A DNA stretch of 54,505 nucleotides from a virus. The notes beneath the pieces were generated by a model. The model had not been told where the DNA came from. It did not search any database and saw nothing but the letters and a program-made list of their open reading frames with translations. A program made the position numbers and the translations under genes. The stretch spans positions 1-54,505 of IMG/VR virus record IMGVR_UViG_3300006169_000038, one strand, 5' to 3'. Each line of letters begins with the position of its first letter. Position 1 is the first letter of the stretch. Positions 7,288 through 17,674 of this stretch are shown here, piece by piece.

Positions 7288-10200
7288 ATGGCGATGCTGC
7301 TCGGGACGGCCTCGGCGCAAGTCACGCTGGACGTCTCCCAATTCATGGCCGCCGCTGGTCAGGCCGAAGGCGCGATGAACAATCTCGCCAACGCCGGCGG
7401 GAAGGGCACGCCTGGCTTCCTGTCGAGTCTCAACAAGGGCGCGCTTGGTCTCGGCACGGCACTGATCGCGCCAATGACGCTCGGGCTCTCGGCGGCGGTC
7501 GATCTGGAGCAAGGGCTGGCGAACGTCGATGCCGCGCTCGGCGACATCTCCGACGCCGACCTCTCCGTGCTCTCCACCGGGATTCAGCAGATAGGCGTGG
7601 ACTCGCAGTACAGCGCGGTCCAGGTCGCGGCGGTCTCCGAGGAACTGGCGAAGGCCGGATTCAGCACGACCGAAATCATTGGGGCAACGCGGGCCACGGT
7701 TGATCTCGCACAGGCGACCGGCACGGACCTGCCCACGGCGGTGGGGGCGGTCACGCAGGCGATGAGCGTCTGGCAGGACGGGATCGTGGACACCTCGATC
7801 GCGCTCACGGACGCCAGCCGCGTCGCCGACATCTATACGGTGGCAGCGAACAACTCCAGCGCCTCCGTGCAGGACATCGCGGTCGGCATGCGCTCACTCG
7901 GCCCTGTTGCCGCATCGATGGGGATCTCGTTCGAGGATTCCGCGGCGGCGATCGCGCTCTTTACGAACTACGGCCTGACCGGCGCCGACGCCGGCATTTC
8001 GTTGGCGCGCGGCATCCAGGAACTCTCCAACCCCTCCAGCGCGGCATCGGCGGCAATGGCCGAACTCGGTATCACGGCGTTCGACGCGCAGGGGCAGTTC
8101 GTCGGCTTCTCGTCCCTGTTTGACCAACTGAACACCAGCATGGCCGGGATGACCGACCAGCAGAAGATCGCCACGCTCTCGCTGATCTTCGGCGCAGAAG
8201 CGGTCGACGTCATGGGGCTGGCCGTGCTGACGGGTGCGGAGGCGTACGACGAACTCACCGGGCAGATGGATGAGTCCGGCGCGGCGGCGGAGCAGTCCGC
8301 GATCAGGATGGATACCCTCGGCGCGCAGTTCGGGACGCTGGTGGAGGGCGTCAACACCTTCCTCGGTTCGCTTGTTTCCGGCCTGATTCCGGGGCTGCGG
8401 TTGCTGGTCGATGGGGCCAATGCGGCGATCAATGCGCTCATGAAGTTGCCTGAAGCGGTCAAGACGGTGGTGGGCGCCGTCGCCGGCCTCCTGGCGGTAT
8501 ACGCCGGCATCACGCGGGCGGTGCAGGCGTTCCGGCTCGTCAACGGGCTGGTGAGCACGATGTCGGCCGGAACGGTTGTGGCGAACGCCACCAGCCGGGG
8601 CCTCCTGGCAACCGTGCTGCGGTTTGTGCCGGCGCTGGCCCTGGTGGGTGCCGGGTTCCTGATCTGGCAGCACAACATGTTCGACGTGCAGGGCAAGTTC
8701 AAGGCCTTTGTCGGCGGCATCAAGCGTTTCGGCAAGTCGTTCACCGACTCATTCAACAACCTCACGGATTCCGTCTATGAGTGGCACGGCGGCGTGACTT
8801 CGGTGATGACCTCGGCCGGGATGAAGAAGCTGCCGGCCTTCTTCCTCGCCCTCGGCAACGCGATCGCAACGATCGGCGGGCCGGGCGGGCTGCCGATCCT
8901 GCGGGACATTGGCGGGTTCCTGATGGACACCGGCACCAACATCCTGCACCTGACCGAGGCGTTCGATCACTTCCGGGGCATGGGGCTCGACCCGGTACAG
9001 GCCGGACTCCGCGCAATGGGCGTGATGTTCCCAGAGATCAGCGGGCTCATGGATGACATGCAGATCATCGTGGGCCAGGTGACCGAAGGGTTCAGGAGTT
9101 TCCTTGCCGGCGATTTCCAGGCGGGGCTGGTCAGCATCGGCGCGGCGGCACAGACGGCGTTCGGCGCGCTCTCGGACTTCGCCGGGGTCGCCCTCGACTG
9201 GACGCTCGATGTCGCGGTGCCGACGATCACCGGCTGGCTGGCCGATGTTGCCGGTGACGTGTGGGCGGGGCTGACGGCGGCGGCCGGGTTTGCCTGGGAT
9301 GGGCTGGTCCGTCTTGGCAGCGTCACGATCTCGATCGCCGGCTGGGTGTTCAGCGCGGCAATTGACGTCGCCACCGACCTGATGACCTGGATCCGGGACA
9401 ACGGGCTGGATGTGGCGCAGGACATCGGAAACGTCGCCGTCACGGTCGGCGCAATCATCTGGAACGCCACAGCCGACATTTTCGGCGGCTTCGTGACGTG
9501 GGTCTCCCAGTCGATCGCGCTCGAGGATTTCGGCATCGTCGGCGATACGCTCGGGGAGAAGATCAGAAGCGCGCTGAGCCTGGCGTTCACCTCCGGCCGT
9601 GGTCTCGGTGGGGCGGTCGGAGCCGGGGTGGCCGGGGCCGGGCAGATCGCGCAATGGCTTGCCGACCAGATCAATGGCATGGACTTCGCTGCCGTGGGCG
9701 AGGCAGTGGGGCGCAAGCTGACCCAGGCGATTGCGCTCGTGTTCGCCGGCGGCGTCGGATTCGAGGCGCTGAAGGCATCATTCCTCGCCGGGGTCAGTGC
9801 CGCGATTAGTGACATGGACTGGGCCACGATTGGCACGCAGTTCTGGAATCTCTTTACGGCTGTGATGACCGCGCCGCAGGAGTTCATGCAGGGTGTCCTG
9901 ACTGGCGTGGGCGGCGCGATTTCCGATGCGGTGGCCGAGATCGATTGGGGCACGATTGCGTCCGACATTGGCACGGAACTGAGCAGCGCGATTGAGGGCG
10001 CCTCCGACTTCGCCGCCGGGATCGGAAGCAAGCTCAACACGGAACTGAACCAGGCCCTCAACAGCATCGACTTCGGGAGCCTCGCCGGCACGATCGGGAG
10101 CAAGCTGAGTGCCGCGATCGAGGGCGTGGAGGGGTTCGCCACCAACCTCGGCGGCAAGATCTATAACGAGTTCATTCAGGCGTTCAACGGCATCAATTGG

Positions 10201-11526
10201 ACCCTTCTCGCCGGCAGCATCGCGGTCGGACTAGGGGACGGCATTTCCAGCGCAGTGAACTTCGCCGCCAGCATTGGTTCCAAGTTGCTGGATGAATTCA
10301 CGCAGGCATTCAACGGAATCGACTGGAGCGGTGCGGCATCGTCCATCAAGGATGGCTTGCTTGGCGCCGTGGTGGGCATTGGTACCGAGATCGGTCAGGC
10401 GATCCTGGACGAGATTCAGGCCAAGCTCGGGGACCTCTGGGACTGGATTCCTGGCACGGATTCCGGTCAGGATCCAACCCTTGCTTTTGCCGGCCTGAAC
10501 ACTGGCCTCGACTTGGTGATCTCCAAGGCCCGCGAGGCACAGGGCGCCCTCGCTGGTGTGTTCGGCGGTGGTGGCCGGGGCGCGGCCGGTGGTGGCGGAG
10601 GCCCGTCGGCGGGCGGCATGGTCGCCTCGATTACGGCGATCCAGACCGCGCTCACGTCCCTGACGACGACGGCGCAGACAGCGGCGCTGGCGCTAGGCCT
10701 GGCCGGCCTCCAGGCGGGCCAGGCGTTCACCACGGGCATTTCGGCGGGGATCACGGCCGGCGTGGCGGTGGTCGCCAACAGCATGGCGATCATCGTGACC
10801 GTGACCGCATCGAGCATGGCGGGCATGGCGGCGGCGGCCACGACCGGGATGGCGCTGGTGCGGGCGGCGGTGGTGTCCGGCATCACCTCGGCCCGCTCGG
10901 CGATCACGACCGGGATGACGGCAGCGGTGGGCGTGGTCCGTTCCGGTGTGGCCAGCATGGCGTCGTCGATGGTGGCCGGGATGGCTGTCTTCCGGGGTGC
11001 CGTCACCTCCGGGATGGCGGCGGCGGTGTCAGCGGTCCGTTCCGGCGTCGCGGCGATGGTCGCGGCGGCAAGCGCCGGCCGGGGTCAAATGATGAGCGCC
11101 GGGCTCGGAATCGGGGCGGCACTGGGGCAGGGGATCGCGGCCGGCATCCGGGGCCAGATCGGGGCCGTGGCGGCGGCCGCGGCGGCGCTGGTCAGTGCGG
11201 CGGTCGGAGCCGCCCGTGCGGCCGGGGCGATCAGTTCCCCCTCGCGGGTGATGCGTGACGAGATCGGGATGAACCTCGCGCTCGGCGTCGCCTCCGGCAT
11301 TTACGCGGGCCTGCCGGCGATCTACCGGGCCGGTGAGCGAATGATCCCCGATGTGCCGCTCTCCGCCTATCGCGCCAATGCCGCGCCGTACGGGGGGAGC
11401 GTCATCACGAACACGATCAATACCTACGTCGATGCGAACGGCATCACCGACCCGGAGGCGGTGGCCGAACTGGCTTCCATCCGCACGATGCAGGCGATCA
11501 CGCTGGTGATGGAGAAGGCCCGATGA
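7288..11526 (+). CDS. Tail tape measure protein
   Basis: 1412 aa. TP901-type core text (SVQDIAVGMRSLGPVAASMGISFEDSAAAIALFTNYGLTGADAG). Internal repeats and an Ala/Gly/Met-rich C-terminal third. Confidence 0.9.
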   Translation: MAMLLGTASAQVTLDVSQFMAAAGQAEGAMNNLANAGGKGTPGFLSSLNKGALGLGTALIAPMTLGLSAAVDLEQGLANVDAALGDISDADLSVLSTGIQQIGVDSQYSAVQVAAVSEELAKAGFSTTEIIGATRATVDLAQATGTDLPTAVGAVTQAMSVWQDGIVDTSIALTDASRVADIYTVAANNSSASVQDIAVGMRSLGPVAASMGISFEDSAAAIALFTNYGLTGADAGISLARGIQELSNPSSAASAAMAELGITAFDAQGQFVGFSSLFDQLNTSMAGMTDQQKIATLSLIFGAEAVDVMGLAVLTGAEAYDELTGQMDESGAAAEQSAIRMDTLGAQFGTLVEGVNTFLGSLVSGLIPGLRLLVDGANAAINALMKLPEAVKTVVGAVAGLLAVYAGITRAVQAFRLVNGLVSTMSAGTVVANATSRGLLATVLRFVPALALVGAGFLIWQHNMFDVQGKFKAFVGGIKRFGKSFTDSFNNLTDSVYEWHGGVTSVMTSAGMKKLPAFFLALGNAIATIGGPGGLPILRDIGGFLMDTGTNILHLTEAFDHFRGMGLDPVQAGLRAMGVMFPEISGLMDDMQIIVGQVTEGFRSFLAGDFQAGLVSIGAAAQTAFGALSDFAGVALDWTLDVAVPTITGWLADVAGDVWAGLTAAAGFAWDGLVRLGSVTISIAGWVFSAAIDVATDLMTWIRDNGLDVAQDIGNVAVTVGAIIWNATADIFGGFVTWVSQSIALEDFGIVGDTLGEKIRSALSLAFTSGRGLGGAVGAGVAGAGQIAQWLADQINGMDFAAVGEAVGRKLTQAIALVFAGGVGFEALKASFLAGVSAAISDMDWATIGTQFWNLFTAVMTAPQEFMQGVLTGVGGAISDAVAEIDWGTIASDIGTELSSAIEGASDFAAGIGSKLNTELNQALNSIDFGSLAGTIGSKLSAAIEGVEGFATNLGGKIYNEFIQAFNGINWTLLAGSIAVGLGDGISSAVNFAASIGSKLLDEFTQAFNGIDWSGAASSIKDGLLGAVVGIGTEIGQAILDEIQAKLGDLWDWIPGTDSGQDPTLAFAGLNTGLDLVISKAREAQGALAGVFGGGGRGAAGGGGGPSAGGMVASITAIQTALTSLTTTAQTAALALGLAGLQAGQAFTTGISAGITAGVAVVANSMAIIVTVTASSMAGMAAAATTGMALVRAAVVSGITSARSAITTGMTAAVGVVRSGVASMASSMVAGMAVFRGAVTSGMAAAVSAVRSGVAAMVAAASAGRGQMMSAGLGIGAALGQGIAAGIRGQIGAVAAAAAALVSAAVGAARAAGAISSPSRVMRDEIGMNLALGVASGIYAGLPAIYRAGERMIPDVPLSAYRANAAPYGGSVITNTINTYVDANGITDPEAVAELASIRTMQAITLVMEKAR

Positions 11527-11960
11527 CCGGACCCTTCTCCTTCCCACCCAGCACCGTCTGGGGCGACAGCGCCTTCTACTGGATCCAGCGCGGCAACGAC
11601 CGCAGCGACTGGGCCAACGACCTGATCTCCGCCGAAGGGCATGTCGCCTCGAGCAACACCACCATCGTCCAGTACGACGGCTACACGCTGTGGGAATTGA
11701 CGATCGAATGCTGGTTCCTGGGGCGGGACGCCTGGCAGGCGTTCAACGCGCTGCGGGGCACGGCGGCGACGATGCGCCACCCGGCGGCGCTGACGGCGCA
11801 GGCGCCACGCACGGCGATCCGGCAGTACCCGGACGGACCGTACGCGGTGTTCGACAACGTGACCCTGCACGCCACCCGCGACGCTCGGCCGCACCCGGCC
11901 TATCCCGACGTGATGATGGCGACGGCAACGTTCCGCCGCACCTACGAAGGAGACGCCTAG
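11523..11960 (+). CDS. Distal tail protein (putative)
   Basis: 145 aa, directly after the tape measure gene with an ATGA overlap. Confidence 0.4.
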   Translation: MTGPFSFPPSTVWGDSAFYWIQRGNDRSDWANDLISAEGHVASSNTTIVQYDGYTLWELTIECWFLGRDAWQAFNALRGTAATMRHPAALTAQAPRTAIRQYPDGPYAVFDNVTLHATRDARPHPAYPDVMMATATFRRTYEGDA

Positions 11961-13832
11961 ATGGCCCGTGGGACACAGGTATTCGTCAGTCGCAACCGCG
12001 GACCGTCGCGCGAGGAGTTCGCCGCCGTCAAGGACCGCGCGCTCGACGTGCGCGACTACGGCGCGGCGGGCGGCGGGCTTGGCACCACGATCGCGGACGG
12101 CGGCGGCGATCTTGTCGGCATCCGCGCCGAGACCGGGCAGGACTGGATGGAAAGCACCGACAGCATGGACCTCGCCGCGTTCTACCGGGCGCAGGCGGCG
12201 GCGGAAGCGACCGGGCGGGGCATCCTGTTCCCGAAGGATACGTACGTCTTCACCGCTCCGGCGTTTCTCCATGCCGGGGTCCGGGTCGACCTTGGCGGCT
12301 CGATCGTACGCGGCATCGCCACCGATGCGACCCGCTTCCCGCGCGGCAACCGGGTGTTCGTGCTCGGCATCCTCGCCCGCGAGGACTTCGACCGTTTCGA
12401 CGCCGCCGGTTGGACGCAGCAGGCCGACAGCGCGGCACAGGACGCCACCACCCTCACCAACGTCACCGGCACGATGCCGGCGGTGGGCGACGTGCTGATG
12501 CTGCGTACGCTGGGGTCATCCTCGACGCCGACCTTGCCCGACTACACGACGTGGAACGAGGTGAAGGCAGTCTCGGGCACGACGGTCACGCTGCGCTACC
12601 CGCTGGAGCGGGCGATCACGAGCGTCCGGTTCGTCAACTACAACGTCATCACGACACGAAAGGACGCGATGCCGGGCCTCTCGGTAGGATCGGCAGAACC
12701 GCATGTCTACTACTGCTGCGCCAACGCCAGCCTCACCAATGGCACGCTCGCGCCGGCCGACGGCCCGGCCTTCGAGTTCAATGCCGCGCTCAACACCGAC
12801 ATCGACCTGCGGATCGACGCGCCAAAGGGGCAGGCGGTCTACGGCAACTCGCTCAACCGCTGCCGGGTCCGTGTGGCCGGCACGTTCGGCGGGCCGAAGG
12901 GCCCGGTTGAGCTGGCCGTCGGCTCGGCGCTCTCGACCGTGGACGTGGACCTCCAGTACTCCGGTGATGACCAGGCGTCGGCGATGGGGTCCGGCTCCGG
13001 GGCGTACTCGCTGGTGCAGTGCGGCGAGTACACCGAATCCTGCATCGTGCGTGGCCGGATCGATGGCGGCACCAAGCCGACCACGCTTGGCATCACCTTC
13101 CCGACCGGGAGCCGCAACCGGATCATGTGTGACACGATCCAGCGCGGGAACACGACCTATGCCGTCACCTTCCCGAGCAATGCCGGGAGCGGCAACCGCG
13201 TCGGCGGGCACCACATCATCGGGACCGCGACCGACGAATACGCGCGGTGGTCATCCGGCGGCGGCGGCGACAACTGGCTGGAAAATGCCACCTTCGCCGG
13301 CGACCAGGAAACGGCGGTCGCCTTCAACTTCCTCGCCTCGAGCCTCGGCGGCATCATCGGCGGCCGCGCCCCTGAGGGCAAGCTGCAATTCGCGGCCGGC
13401 ACCTCGGGCAACGTCGTCAAGGGCGCGTACATCCGCGAGGGCCTGACCAGTGCCGGTCCGCTCAGCAACCGGGTTGACATCCAGACCGAACTCGGGCGTT
13501 ACCCGGAAGACGACGTGATCGCCGCCACCAATCTGACCGGGACCAACCTCGCGTCCGAATCGTACGGGCGGACGTGGACCAACACCGGGGCGACCGCGAT
13601 CCGCACGCGCATCCTGCCGGTCAGCGTGCCCGGCATGTGGAACCGCTACGTTTGCAACAATGCGTCGTTCGTGTTCCGGGTCGACCCCAACGGCACGGAG
13701 GTGATCCAGGGCGGCGGGGCCGGCAAGTACCTGCAGCTGGCGAACGGGGCGTGGGTGCTGCTGCGCTGCCACATCGCCGGGACCTGGGCGATTGAAGCGC
13801 AGAGCCCGTCCGGCGTGAGTTACGAAGCATGA
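11961..13832 (+). CDS. Tail protein with a pectate-lyase-like beta-helix (putative depolymerase)
   Basis: LDVRDYGAAGGG motif and Gly/Asn-rich repeats typical of a right-handed beta-helix. Confidence 0.55.
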   Translation: MARGTQVFVSRNRGPSREEFAAVKDRALDVRDYGAAGGGLGTTIADGGGDLVGIRAETGQDWMESTDSMDLAAFYRAQAAAEATGRGILFPKDTYVFTAPAFLHAGVRVDLGGSIVRGIATDATRFPRGNRVFVLGILAREDFDRFDAAGWTQQADSAAQDATTLTNVTGTMPAVGDVLMLRTLGSSSTPTLPDYTTWNEVKAVSGTTVTLRYPLERAITSVRFVNYNVITTRKDAMPGLSVGSAEPHVYYCCANASLTNGTLAPADGPAFEFNAALNTDIDLRIDAPKGQAVYGNSLNRCRVRVAGTFGGPKGPVELAVGSALSTVDVDLQYSGDDQASAMGSGSGAYSLVQCGEYTESCIVRGRIDGGTKPTTLGITFPTGSRNRIMCDTIQRGNTTYAVTFPSNAGSGNRVGGHHIIGTATDEYARWSSGGGGDNWLENATFAGDQETAVAFNFLASSLGGIIGGRAPEGKLQFAAGTSGNVVKGAYIREGLTSAGPLSNRVDIQTELGRYPEDDVIAATNLTGTNLASESYGRTWTNTGATAIRTRILPVSVPGMWNRYVCNNASFVFRVDPNGTEVIQGGGAGKYLQLANGAWVLLRCHIAGTWAIEAQSPSGVSYEA

Positions 13833-15436
13833 CCGCGCTCACCTTCGCCACCCCCGATGAGGCGATCCGCGCCCCGGTCAAATGGACGCAACGGATCGTG
13901 CTGGTCGATGGCACGCCGACCGCCTGCACCGATGTCAGCACGCAGCACAGCGTCAACGGTAACGGGATCGGCACCGCCACGCTGGTGATGGAGACGCCCT
14001 ACCCGGCGCATGTCGTGACCGGGGCGACGGTGGAGGTCCAGGCCGGCTATTCGGGGCAGGTGGCGACCGTCTTCTCCGGCACGATCCCGAAGGTGTCCGC
14101 GACGGTGGGCGATCGGGGTCGCTGGGGCACCGTCACCGGGCGGGGCCACCTCGACCGCCTGTCCGACCCCCACCCAACGGCGCTCACATTCGCCGGGCCG
14201 ATCGACCTGCGCGAGATCGTGCGCGCGATCCTCGCCCTCCGCGGCGTGCCGTACACGCTGGTCGACGACATCACATGGGCCGACGGCTCGACCGTCACGC
14301 TCGGCACCGAGCCGCTGGCGAACGGCGGCGCGATCACGATCCCGGCCACGGCGGGGCTGCGCCAATGGCTGCAGGCCGCGCTGGCCCTGCCCGGCTACCG
14401 CCTGTTCGACACGCCCGCCGGCGTCGTCCGCTGCCAGCGCATCTCCGGCCTGCCGGTGGGCGATCCGGTGATCGACGTGACCGAAGGTGAACTGGGCTAC
14501 CGCTTTGACCGCACGTCCGACCTCGACCCGATGGTGACGTACCACGTCGTCAAGGGGGCGCGCTACACCGACGCCGATGGGGTCAATATCGAGATCAGGA
14601 GCATCCCGCTCACGGTGGAGCTGGACGCCCGGCTCGCCCCGCTCGGTTACCGCAAGCACGAAACCTCGTCCGACCTGCTGGTGTCGACGGCGCTGGCCGA
14701 CAAGGCACGCAACGTGCTCGAAATCGACCAGGCCGCGCCGCACGAGCCGGTGAGCTGGCAGTCCGACCTCGCGCCGCACATCCAGCCCGGCGATGTGGCG
14801 ACCGTGACGAGCGCGACGGTCGGCGCAGTGGGCGACCTCTGGATCACCGACGTGGCGCACACGATGGGCGCGACCGGGCTGAAGACGACCACGTTCGACG
14901 GCATCCGCGGCAACGGCGAGGCGTTGCCGGCCGGGCAGGACTGTATTGAGGTCGACCTGTTCACCGGACCGTACCACCTCGGGGACGAGGCGATCTCCTG
15001 GTACAAGCACCCGGCTCCCCAGGGCAAGCAGATCGACATCCCGTTCACGGTGCCGGACGACTACTCCTCGATGTCGCTGGCGATCCGCCTGCACAGCACG
15101 AACAGCTACATGTTGGGCGGCAAGAACGCCGATTCGACCGTGAGCAAGGTGGAGTTCTGGCAGGGCGGGGAGAAGATCGGGGAAACCGTACTGCCGGTGC
15201 TGGCCGAGAACTACGGCACCCGGCCCAATTACGCCGGCGACCCAAGCACCTGGCAGGACAAGAGCCTGCCCGTGACGGGGTCCATCAAGGCCGGGGCGGC
15301 GATCGCGCGCCTGATCTCTGGTGCCGATACCCGGTTGCCGTCCAGCACCCGCTATGACGATTACGAACTGGAAGCCGCGAAGTTGCGCCTCTGCGGCGTC
15401 GGCGAGCCGGTCTTCATCGATCTGGAGGTGGGCTAG
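13829..15436 (+). CDS. Tail hub / Tal-like protein (gpD or gp27-like N-terminus)
   Basis: 535 aa; VEVQAGYSGQVATVFSGTIPKV pattern; synteny. Confidence 0.5.
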   Translation: MTALTFATPDEAIRAPVKWTQRIVLVDGTPTACTDVSTQHSVNGNGIGTATLVMETPYPAHVVTGATVEVQAGYSGQVATVFSGTIPKVSATVGDRGRWGTVTGRGHLDRLSDPHPTALTFAGPIDLREIVRAILALRGVPYTLVDDITWADGSTVTLGTEPLANGGAITIPATAGLRQWLQAALALPGYRLFDTPAGVVRCQRISGLPVGDPVIDVTEGELGYRFDRTSDLDPMVTYHVVKGARYTDADGVNIEIRSIPLTVELDARLAPLGYRKHETSSDLLVSTALADKARNVLEIDQAAPHEPVSWQSDLAPHIQPGDVATVTSATVGAVGDLWITDVAHTMGATGLKTTTFDGIRGNGEALPAGQDCIEVDLFTGPYHLGDEAISWYKHPAPQGKQIDIPFTVPDDYSSMSLAIRLHSTNSYMLGGKNADSTVSKVEFWQGGEKIGETVLPVLAENYGTRPNYAGDPSTWQDKSLPVTGSIKAGAAIARLISGADTRLPSSTRYDDYELEAAKLRLCGVGEPVFIDLEVG

Positions 15437-15952
15437 ATGGCACCCCAGCAGCCCGGCACGACGCTGATCCGCCTGGTCCAGGAAGCGAAGCGGTTGCGGC
15501 TTGACGAGGCGATCAAACCGGCCGACGTGCGCCACGCGGCGACCACGGCCCGGATCGCGCTCGACGGCAACGGCAACGCCGTCCCCACCGCCGTGCAGCC
15601 GATCATCCCGCTCCAGTCGATCGGCTGGTTCATCTCTGGCTGGGTGGTGGTTAGCAGCAACGCCCGCGAGGAACTGACCCTGCCACAGGCCGCGACGGCG
15701 GTGCGGCTGGTCGCCTACTGCAAGATCGCGCCCGCCTCCGGCCCAATGACCGCCGAACTCTTCAGCAACGGCACGTACGTCGAGAGTGTCAGCATCAGCG
15801 TCGGCGAGACGGTGGGGCAATCGCAACTCTCCGGCCCGCGGGCCACCCTGCCCGCGCTGGCCCGGCTGCACCTCGCGGTCACGTCCCACGGCAATGCGTC
15901 CGACGCATCGATCAACCTGCTCTTTCAACCACTCTTGGGGGGAACGTCATGA
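15437..15952 (+). CDS. Tail/baseplate-associated hypothetical protein
   Basis: 171-aa ORF, contiguous with the tail genes. Confidence 0.5.
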   Translation: MAPQQPGTTLIRLVQEAKRLRLDEAIKPADVRHAATTARIALDGNGNAVPTAVQPIIPLQSIGWFISGWVVVSSNAREELTLPQAATAVRLVAYCKIAPASGPMTAELFSNGTYVESVSISVGETVGQSQLSGPRATLPALARLHLAVTSHGNASDASINLLFQPLLGGTS

Positions 15953-16251
15953 GCGAGCCGATCCGCGGCAGCCTCGAACTGATCACCGGCACCGGCCCGG
16001 ACGCCGAGAGCCGCGGGCTCGTCGTGGCCGGCGCGACCGTCGATACCGTGCCGATCATCCTCACCGCCGTGCATGGCCTGACCGATGTGGCGACGGCCAT
16101 CGCGGAGGCGGGGCAGGAAGCGGCGTGGACCGCGACTGATGCCCGGCAGCGCCCGGTCCGGGTCGTGTTATGGCGCGAGCCGGACATCGCGGACACGCTG
16201 ATCGGCCAGATCATCCAGAACATCGTGCAGCAACAGGAGGGCGGGCAATGA
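15949..16251 (+). CDS. Hypothetical protein
   Basis: 100 aa; ATGA overlap. Confidence 0.5.
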   Translation: MSEPIRGSLELITGTGPDAESRGLVVAGATVDTVPIILTAVHGLTDVATAIAEAGQEAAWTATDARQRPVRVVLWREPDIADTLIGQIIQNIVQQQEGGQ

Positions 16252-16862
16252 AGCGCACCGACAGCGACCCGCATGTGATCGAGGAGGGCATCGACTGGTA
16301 CCTTGCCCGCGCGATCTGGTACGACGAGGCGCTGACCCTGATGCCGGACCTCTCGACCTGGACAGCCACCTACACCGTGTTCCCGGCCGGCGACGCCAAC
16401 GAGGTGCCGGTGATCGGGCTGGCGCCGGCCCCGGTGCCGACAATCACGCTCGGGATCGGGGGCGACGAACAGGCGGCGACCACGCTCGCCAGTAGTGCCG
16501 CCGCCGGCGCGGCCACGGTCACGCTCGCCAGCGCGGCGGGAATCAGCGACGGCGACCAGATCGCGGTCTTCCTCGACAATGACCTGATCCACGTCACGAC
16601 GGTGGATGGCGCGCCGGCGGGGGCGGTGGTGACCCTGGCCCGGCCGTTGCCCGAGGCGGCGGCGTCCGGCAACGCGGTGAAGGCGTACGACCCGGCGTTC
16701 GCGCTGCACAACACCCTGGTCCACCTCGACAGCGCCGTCACGTCGGCGCTCGAGGCGTGGGGGCAGGGCACGTACAACCTCGACCTGGTGGATCCGTTCG
16801 GCCGGCCGGTGCTGCGCTTCGACGGCGACTGCACGCTGGAGGAGGGCCGTGACCATGCCTAA
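16248..16862 (+). CDS. Hypothetical tail-module protein
   Basis: Internal ATG 16248 overlaps the previous stop; 204 aa. Confidence 0.5.
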   Translation: MKRTDSDPHVIEEGIDWYLARAIWYDEALTLMPDLSTWTATYTVFPAGDANEVPVIGLAPAPVPTITLGIGGDEQAATTLASSAAAGAATVTLASAAGISDGDQIAVFLDNDLIHVTTVDGAPAGAVVTLARPLPEAAASGNAVKAYDPAFALHNTLVHLDSAVTSALEAWGQGTYNLDLVDPFGRPVLRFDGDCTLEEGRDHA

Positions 16863-17661
16863 CCCGTACGACCTGGAGGTGATCGCCTACGTCATCCCCC
16901 AACCGGCCACGGTCCCGCCGGGCACCGTCACCGCGCCGGACTGGACCGCGCTGCAGGGTCGGGTCACGACGCTGGAGGAGGGGCAGGCGCTGGACGACCT
17001 CACCGACGTGACGACGGCCGGCGCGACCGATGGGCAGACGATCGTGTTCGACGCCGCCACCTCGACCTGGGCGCCGGGCACGACCACCGGCGCGATCCAG
17101 TACGTCAAGGACGGACACACCACCGTCATCGTCACCAGCGCCGACCGGCTGAACTTCGACGCCGGGATCAGCGTCACCCAGAACGGTAGCATCGCGACGC
17201 AGGCCGACATCAACGTGATCTATGCCGGGACCGGCTCGGCGGACAGCGCCGCCCGCTCCGACCACAGCCACAGCGCGGAGGTGGGAGCGATCCTGACCGG
17301 CACCGCGACCGGCGTGCTCTCATCCGGCACGCGCTCGCTCTCGACGGCCACGCTTGGCGTGCTCTCGTCCGGCATCGTCTACGACCTCGAAGCCGAGGCG
17401 GTGGTGCGCTGCCGGAACAACGTCAACAGCGGCACAGCGAACCTGCTGCTGCGGATCGGCACCGATGCCAGCTACCCCGAGCGCAGCCGCAACGTGCAGA
17501 CCGTGGGCGGCGTGCCGGTGGACCAGATCATCAAATTCCGCGGCGTCTTCACCGGCGCGGGCTCGGGGCTGCCACTCTCGTGGCGAATTCAGTTCAGCAC
17601 CGGTGACGCCGTGGACGTGCGCGACTGGGAGCTTTCGTACGCATTCCGGCCACGGCGTTAG
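16849..17661 (+). CDS. Tail fibre protein
   Basis: GTGSADSAARSDHSHS motif, common in phage fibres; GGAGG upstream. Confidence 0.55.
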   Translation: MTMPNPYDLEVIAYVIPQPATVPPGTVTAPDWTALQGRVTTLEEGQALDDLTDVTTAGATDGQTIVFDAATSTWAPGTTTGAIQYVKDGHTTVIVTSADRLNFDAGISVTQNGSIATQADINVIYAGTGSADSAARSDHSHSAEVGAILTGTATGVLSSGTRSLSTATLGVLSSGIVYDLEAEAVVRCRNNVNSGTANLLLRIGTDASYPERSRNVQTVGGVPVDQIIKFRGVFTGAGSGLPLSWRIQFSTGDAVDVRDWELSYAFRPRR

Positions 17662-17674
17662 GAGGAGGTGAGGA

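Noticed and set aside
7230-7703. 157-aa ORF overlapping the 5' end of the tape measure gene
   Set aside because: It is out of frame with the tape measure gene and has Arg/Gly-rich text. The tape measure frame is continuous and motif-bearing from ATG 7288.
13820-15928. 702-aa ORF antisense to the tail hub genes
   Set aside because: Same off-frame, Arg/Gly/Asp/His-rich composition. It overlaps coherent + strand tail genes that have overlapping start and stop codons.
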